IMG/VR virus record: IMGVR_UViG_3300022777_000060
Source: a virus
DNA length: 24,597 bases
Direction: 5' to 3' (one strand)
Shown piece after piece: positions 21,768 to 24,597 of the stretch. The notes under the pieces are model-generated. The model did not search any database. It saw only the letters and a program-made list of their open reading frames with translations, and was not told where the DNA came from. A program made the translations under genes and the position numbers. Every line of letters starts with the position of its first letter. The stretch's first letter is position 1.

Positions 21768-21859
21768 TGAACTTTACTTATTTTGAACGCTCACTCAATA
21801 GTATATATAAACCAAACGTTCAAAGTTCGAGTTCAAACAGGACTTTACACAAAGTTCAA
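21768..21859 (-). promoter_or_regulatory. Conserved endonuclease leader with GTTCRA repeats around a TATATA box
   Basis: Homologous to 288-376. Confidence 0.7.
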
Positions 21860-21892
21860 AGAAGCGTTCTGGCCGAGCTGAACTATGCAGGC
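21860..21892 (-). pseudogene. 5' half of a tRNA (positions 1-31; Thr-like, but Val or Phe not excluded)
   Basis: GCCTGCA TA GTTC AGCTCGGCCA GAAC G CTTCT followed by the leader. Confidence 0.8.
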
Positions 21893-21897
21893 ATTTT

Positions 21898-22149
21898 CTA
21901 AAGGTATCTGAGCACAAGATACGCGTAAGCGTCGCGAAGAATCCGGTTGCTCACCTGTTCCCACGTTTCGTCTTGGTAATGAGCAACCAGATCTTGAACT
22001 TCTGCTTTCGTGATTTCAAGTCCGACGCGTTCGTCTCCGTTCCAGAACACCAAGGTTCCATCGGCGCGCCGAACCTCTATATCGGTTGGGCCAAGAGTTT
22101 CTTGAAACCCTTTGTGAAGCTCTTCAAATCGTTTTTGAATGTCAGCCAT
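21898..22149 (-). CDS. Hypothetical protein (83 aa)
   Basis: ORF track. Confidence 0.75.
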   Translation of the reverse strand: MADIQKRFEELHKGFQETLGPTDIEVRRADGTLVFWNGDERVGLEITKAEVQDLVAHYQDETWEQVSNRILRDAYAYLVLRYL

Positions 22150-22169
22150 AAAATTTGTATAAAAAGTCG

Positions 22170-22246
22170 TTGTCCCGGATAGATTTGAACTACCGCCCTT
22201 TCGCTTATCAGACGACTGCTCTAAGACCAGACTGAGCTACGGGACA
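22170..22246 (-). tRNA. tRNA-Ile(GAT)
   Basis: GTCGT-CT GAT AA-GCGAA; acceptor TGTCCCG/CGGGACA-A. Confidence 0.92.
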
Positions 22247-22260
22247 GTGTTTCGCATTTG

Positions 22261-22268
22261 TTATATAT
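22261..22268 (-). promoter_or_regulatory. ATATATAA box
   Basis: 14 nt upstream of tRNA-Ile. Confidence 0.55.
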
Positions 22269-22487
22269 GATTCAATATTCGCTACCACCGTTCCAAGCGT
22301 GCTCTTCACGCGAGTTGAATCCCGGAAGCACAAGATAGTTCGTGTCGTCTTGGAAGTCCATTGTTGTCCGCTTTCTTGTAACAGCGCCGGACGTTCCACG
22401 GATTTCATATCCGTCGATATGCCGCGGCAAGTTGCCTTGCGCCTTTGATGTACTCGGTTTCGTGATTTTTGATTAGCGTTCTCGGTT

Positions 22488-22715
22488 TCATGACAACGCT
22501 TTCGCAGCACCGATCTCAATCATGTTACCAAGTCCACATCCGATACCCACAGAAGCCCCGAAGCCAATCGCGAGCATTCCGACTGGAATGAACGTTGCCG
22601 TAAACGTTCCGAGAAGAAACGCAAGGATAGCCGCGAAAATCCCAACTCCAAAAATCTCTCCAAACGTATCAACGAACAAAAGGAAAATCGCGTACATGTT
22701 ATAGAAACCGTTCAT
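22488..22715 (-). CDS. Small membrane protein (75 aa)
   Basis: Strongly hydrophobic, Gly-rich. Confidence 0.7.
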   Translation of the reverse strand: MNGFYNMYAIFLLFVDTFGEIFGVGIFAAILAFLLGTFTATFIPVGMLAIGFGASVGIGCGLGNMIEIGAAKALS

Positions 22716-23343
22716 TTTGAAGTCTACTGGATTCGCCGTTGTTTTTGCTTCGATGCAAAAAGTTTTTGCTTCTCGAAGCCATCAAGTCTCGTTCAGCTCC
22801 AACTTTCGTTTCCATGATTTCTTCGTCAGAGAACTTGGCGTCGATCATTCCGTCAACGGTTTGTGGTTCTTCTTCAAACTTGAACGGCGCGATAAGCCGC
22901 TGGCCGATTTTCATCGGCTCATATGACTTCGGTTCAAAAAACGTCGGGGTTCCTCGCCAAAACGTTCCGGCATACCCATTTGACGAAACCTGTTTGATTT
23001 CTTTCTCTTCAAGTTCTTCAATCTTACGTTTCGCTCCCTCAAATGAACGAAACCCGTAAAGGCTCGGATACCTTATTGAAGTCTTCTGTGGAAAATTTTG
23101 AGTTTCCCAACCGTCTTTGCCATATGTGGAAGTTCTACACATTGTCCGGTAAGCAAACAGATCTCGCTTGATTGGGAAATAATCTCCCCCATACTCCACA
23201 ATCACATATTCCGGTTTTCGCTTAAACAGCATAAGCAGCCACCGCAACACAACTCGCGGTCCGGCCATAATAAGTCCAGTAATCAGTCCCGAAAGGCAGA
23301 ATGTTCCGAGAACTCCCAAAAATATTTCAACCAACATACTCAT
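22699..23343 (-). CDS. Membrane-anchored hypothetical protein (214 aa)
   Basis: N-terminal TM segment; ORF track. Confidence 0.8.
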   Translation of the reverse strand: MSMLVEIFLGVLGTFCLSGLITGLIMAGPRVVLRWLLMLFKRKPEYVIVEYGGDYFPIKRDLFAYRTMCRTSTYGKDGWETQNFPQKTSIRYPSLYGFRSFEGAKRKIEELEEKEIKQVSSNGYAGTFWRGTPTFFEPKSYEPMKIGQRLIAPFKFEEEPQTVDGMIDAKFSDEEIMETKVGAERDLMASRSKNFLHRSKNNGESSRLQNERFL

Positions 23344-23759
23344 ACCGTCTCAAACTGCTCTATTTTGTCGCTGTGAGCTTCTTTGTCGTGAGGATGGGGA
23401 ACGAGCCGATGATCGATTTCAGCCTCTCTCAGCCGCTCCAGCTCATTCATGTCGTCGTCAAAATGAAGGTCGCTTCCCAACTCTTGAAGCGTCGGAAGTT
23501 TGTCTTCCCCGTTCGTGAAGTGAACATCCCGCACTGGAAGAGAGTGTTCATCGATGAACTCAAACACTTCCTCACAGTTTCGGCGGTCACGTGTTGTCAC
23601 CACATGAACAGTATGCCCTTGACTCGCAAAACTCCGAACGAGTTCAAGGATATCCTCACGCGGCTGAGTGGATGACTCCCAAAACGTCGTGTCCTGCCAA
23701 GCGAAACTTTCCTTGACAGGTTTGGTAAGTGTGGAGTCGAAATCGAAAGTAACGAGCAT
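23340..23759 (-). CDS. HAD-superfamily hydrolase/phosphatase (capless type)
   Basis: Motif I FDFDSTL, motif II VVTTR, motif III K, motif IV LHFDDD; start at MLVTF. Confidence 0.85.
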   Translation of the reverse strand: MLVTFDFDSTLTKPVKESFAWQDTTFWESSTQPREDILELVRSFASQGHTVHVVTTRDRRNCEEVFEFIDEHSLPVRDVHFTNGEDKLPTLQELGSDLHFDDDMNELERLREAEIDHRLVPHPHDKEAHSDKIEQFETV

Positions 23760-23869
23760 GTTTCTACTTGCGGTTGATGCGGAGCGCATCAACTCTGCGC
23801 TCACGCTGGGCGGTGTCCGTCTCTTCGTTTTTCCGAATCTCACGAGATGATCCAGTGGATCGATCCATT

Positions 23870-24130
23870 TCAATCTTCATAAGGATCTGGAAGTTCTTTC
23901 CATGCGATCACAGTTGCGGATCCGTCCGATTGAAGCCACTCGTAGTTGTCGTTCCACACTTGCGGCAAAAGCGAAGATTGGAGAACTTTCCGCTCTCCGT
24001 CTTCTGCCTTGATTGCGGAATTGATCTCTACGGTCACGAGCACGTTTTCGTCCGGCTCGGGGTACGGCCCGTTCTTAACTTCTTCGGGCGTAATATCCTT
24101 TTGCTTGTCGGGAACCGTTGTCCAGCTCAT
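23870..24130 (-). CDS. DUF551-like phage protein
   Basis: MSW...PE...VLV...VIAWKELPDPY. Confidence 0.7.
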   Translation of the reverse strand: MSWTTVPDKQKDITPEEVKNGPYPEPDENVLVTVEINSAIKAEDGERKVLQSSLLPQVWNDNYEWLQSDGSATVIAWKELPDPYED

Positions 24131-24459
24131 GAATTCGGAGTGTGTGTCGGTTCGGGAAGATCGTTGGCGTTTGAGACTTCGTTCGCTCCCGCCACCGGAC
24201 CCCGGGCGAGGTTCGCGTTCTGAGTGCTCTGGAATGCTTCCTTCGTGTACAGCTCAAAGTAACTGCCGCCACGAAACTCTGTGTCACCGTTCAACAACTT
24301 CTTGGTGTCGAGGCGGTACGTCTTATCCCGCGTGGAATCCTCCACCGCGACCGTCTTTCCCGTCGAGGACGTTTTTCCCTCCACGATCGTCGGGGAGTGC
24401 ATGAGCCGCTGCACGCCCGAAATCAGAAGAATGGTTTCGTTTTTGGGAAGGTCAGCCAT
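24127..24459 (-). CDS. Hypothetical protein (110 aa)
   Basis: ORF track; first gene after an ECF-like promoter. Confidence 0.75.
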   Translation of the reverse strand: MADLPKNETILLISGVQRLMHSPTIVEGKTSSTGKTVAVEDSTRDKTYRLDTKKLLNGDTEFRGGSYFELYTKEAFQSTQNANLARGPVAGANEVSNANDLPEPTHTPNS

Positions 24460-24518
24460 TGTCTCAAGGTCGGTTGGTTGGAAAGTCTCTCAAGTCCCCC
24501 TCTTTCTAAATCCACTAC

Positions 24519-24546
24519 TTACACGCAACAAACGGCAGCCCGTTCC
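24519..24546 (-). promoter_or_regulatory. ECF-sigma-like promoter GGAAC-N16-CGTGTAA
   Basis: One of three copies with identical spacing. Confidence 0.65.
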
Positions 24547-24597
24547 GCAAGTTTTGTGAAGACTCTACGAAGTCGCAAGAGCGTAGATAATCATATC

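Larger units (their letters stand above)
20994..21859 (-). mobile_element. Putative tRNA-replacement homing endonuclease cassette
   Basis: Leader, nuclease and intact tRNA lie between a tRNA 5' half and a tRNA 3' remnant. Confidence 0.6.

Noticed and set aside
21069-21859. Group I intron in a tRNA anticodon loop
   Set aside because: The nuclease family suggests it, but there is no room for a ribozyme core (92-nt leader, 0-nt trailer) and no complete matching 3' exon; an intact different tRNA follows instead.
23340-23759. HAD protein as a tRNA-repair (Pnkp-like) phosphatase
   Set aside because: Plausible from context, but no kinase or RNA ligase is in the window and the motifs do not specify a substrate.
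38-24559. All plus-strand ORFs in the track
   Set aside because: They are antisense shadows of minus-strand genes and tRNAs, with no recognisable motifs.
1-24597. Stop-codon reassignment
   Set aside because: TAA, TAG and TGA all end well-tiled genes, long ORFs are intact in the standard code, and no canonical suppressor tRNA is present.

Overview
This is a segment of a large dsDNA bacteriophage genome with all credible genes on the minus strand. Acidic proteins, A/C-rich leaders without Shine-Dalgarno motifs and bacterial-type intronless tRNAs suggest an extremely halophilic bacterial host such as a Salinibacter-like organism (inference). The window is a dispersed tRNA array: 20 tRNA genes covering all five Leu anticodons, one 131-nt Leu-like RNA without a usable anticodon, and several tRNA fragments. 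These are interleaved with about 40 small accessory ORFs (including YopX, HAD, DUF551-like and a frameshifted HhH-GPD/OGG-type glycosylase) and a 9-kb block of large FN3/beta-propeller/LamG adhesin- or tail-like genes. The main candidate new system is an intron-less tRNA-replacement endonuclease cassette. A conserved leader rich in T-arm-like GTTCRR repeats interrupts a tRNA gene at the anticodon arm and is followed by an HTH-nuclease gene whose stop codon abuts an intact tRNA. That tRNA is followed by the 3' scar of an older tRNA. The cassette is complete at 20973-21892 (PD-(D/E)XK, Thr) and partial at 1-404 and 1679-2036 (HNH, Tyr). Other notable items are structurally aberrant tRNAs, two structured ncRNA candidates, a stand-alone HigA-N-terminus-like peptide, two promoter classes and several net +1 frameshifts. 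All family assignments come from motif recognition by eye; no database searches were run.
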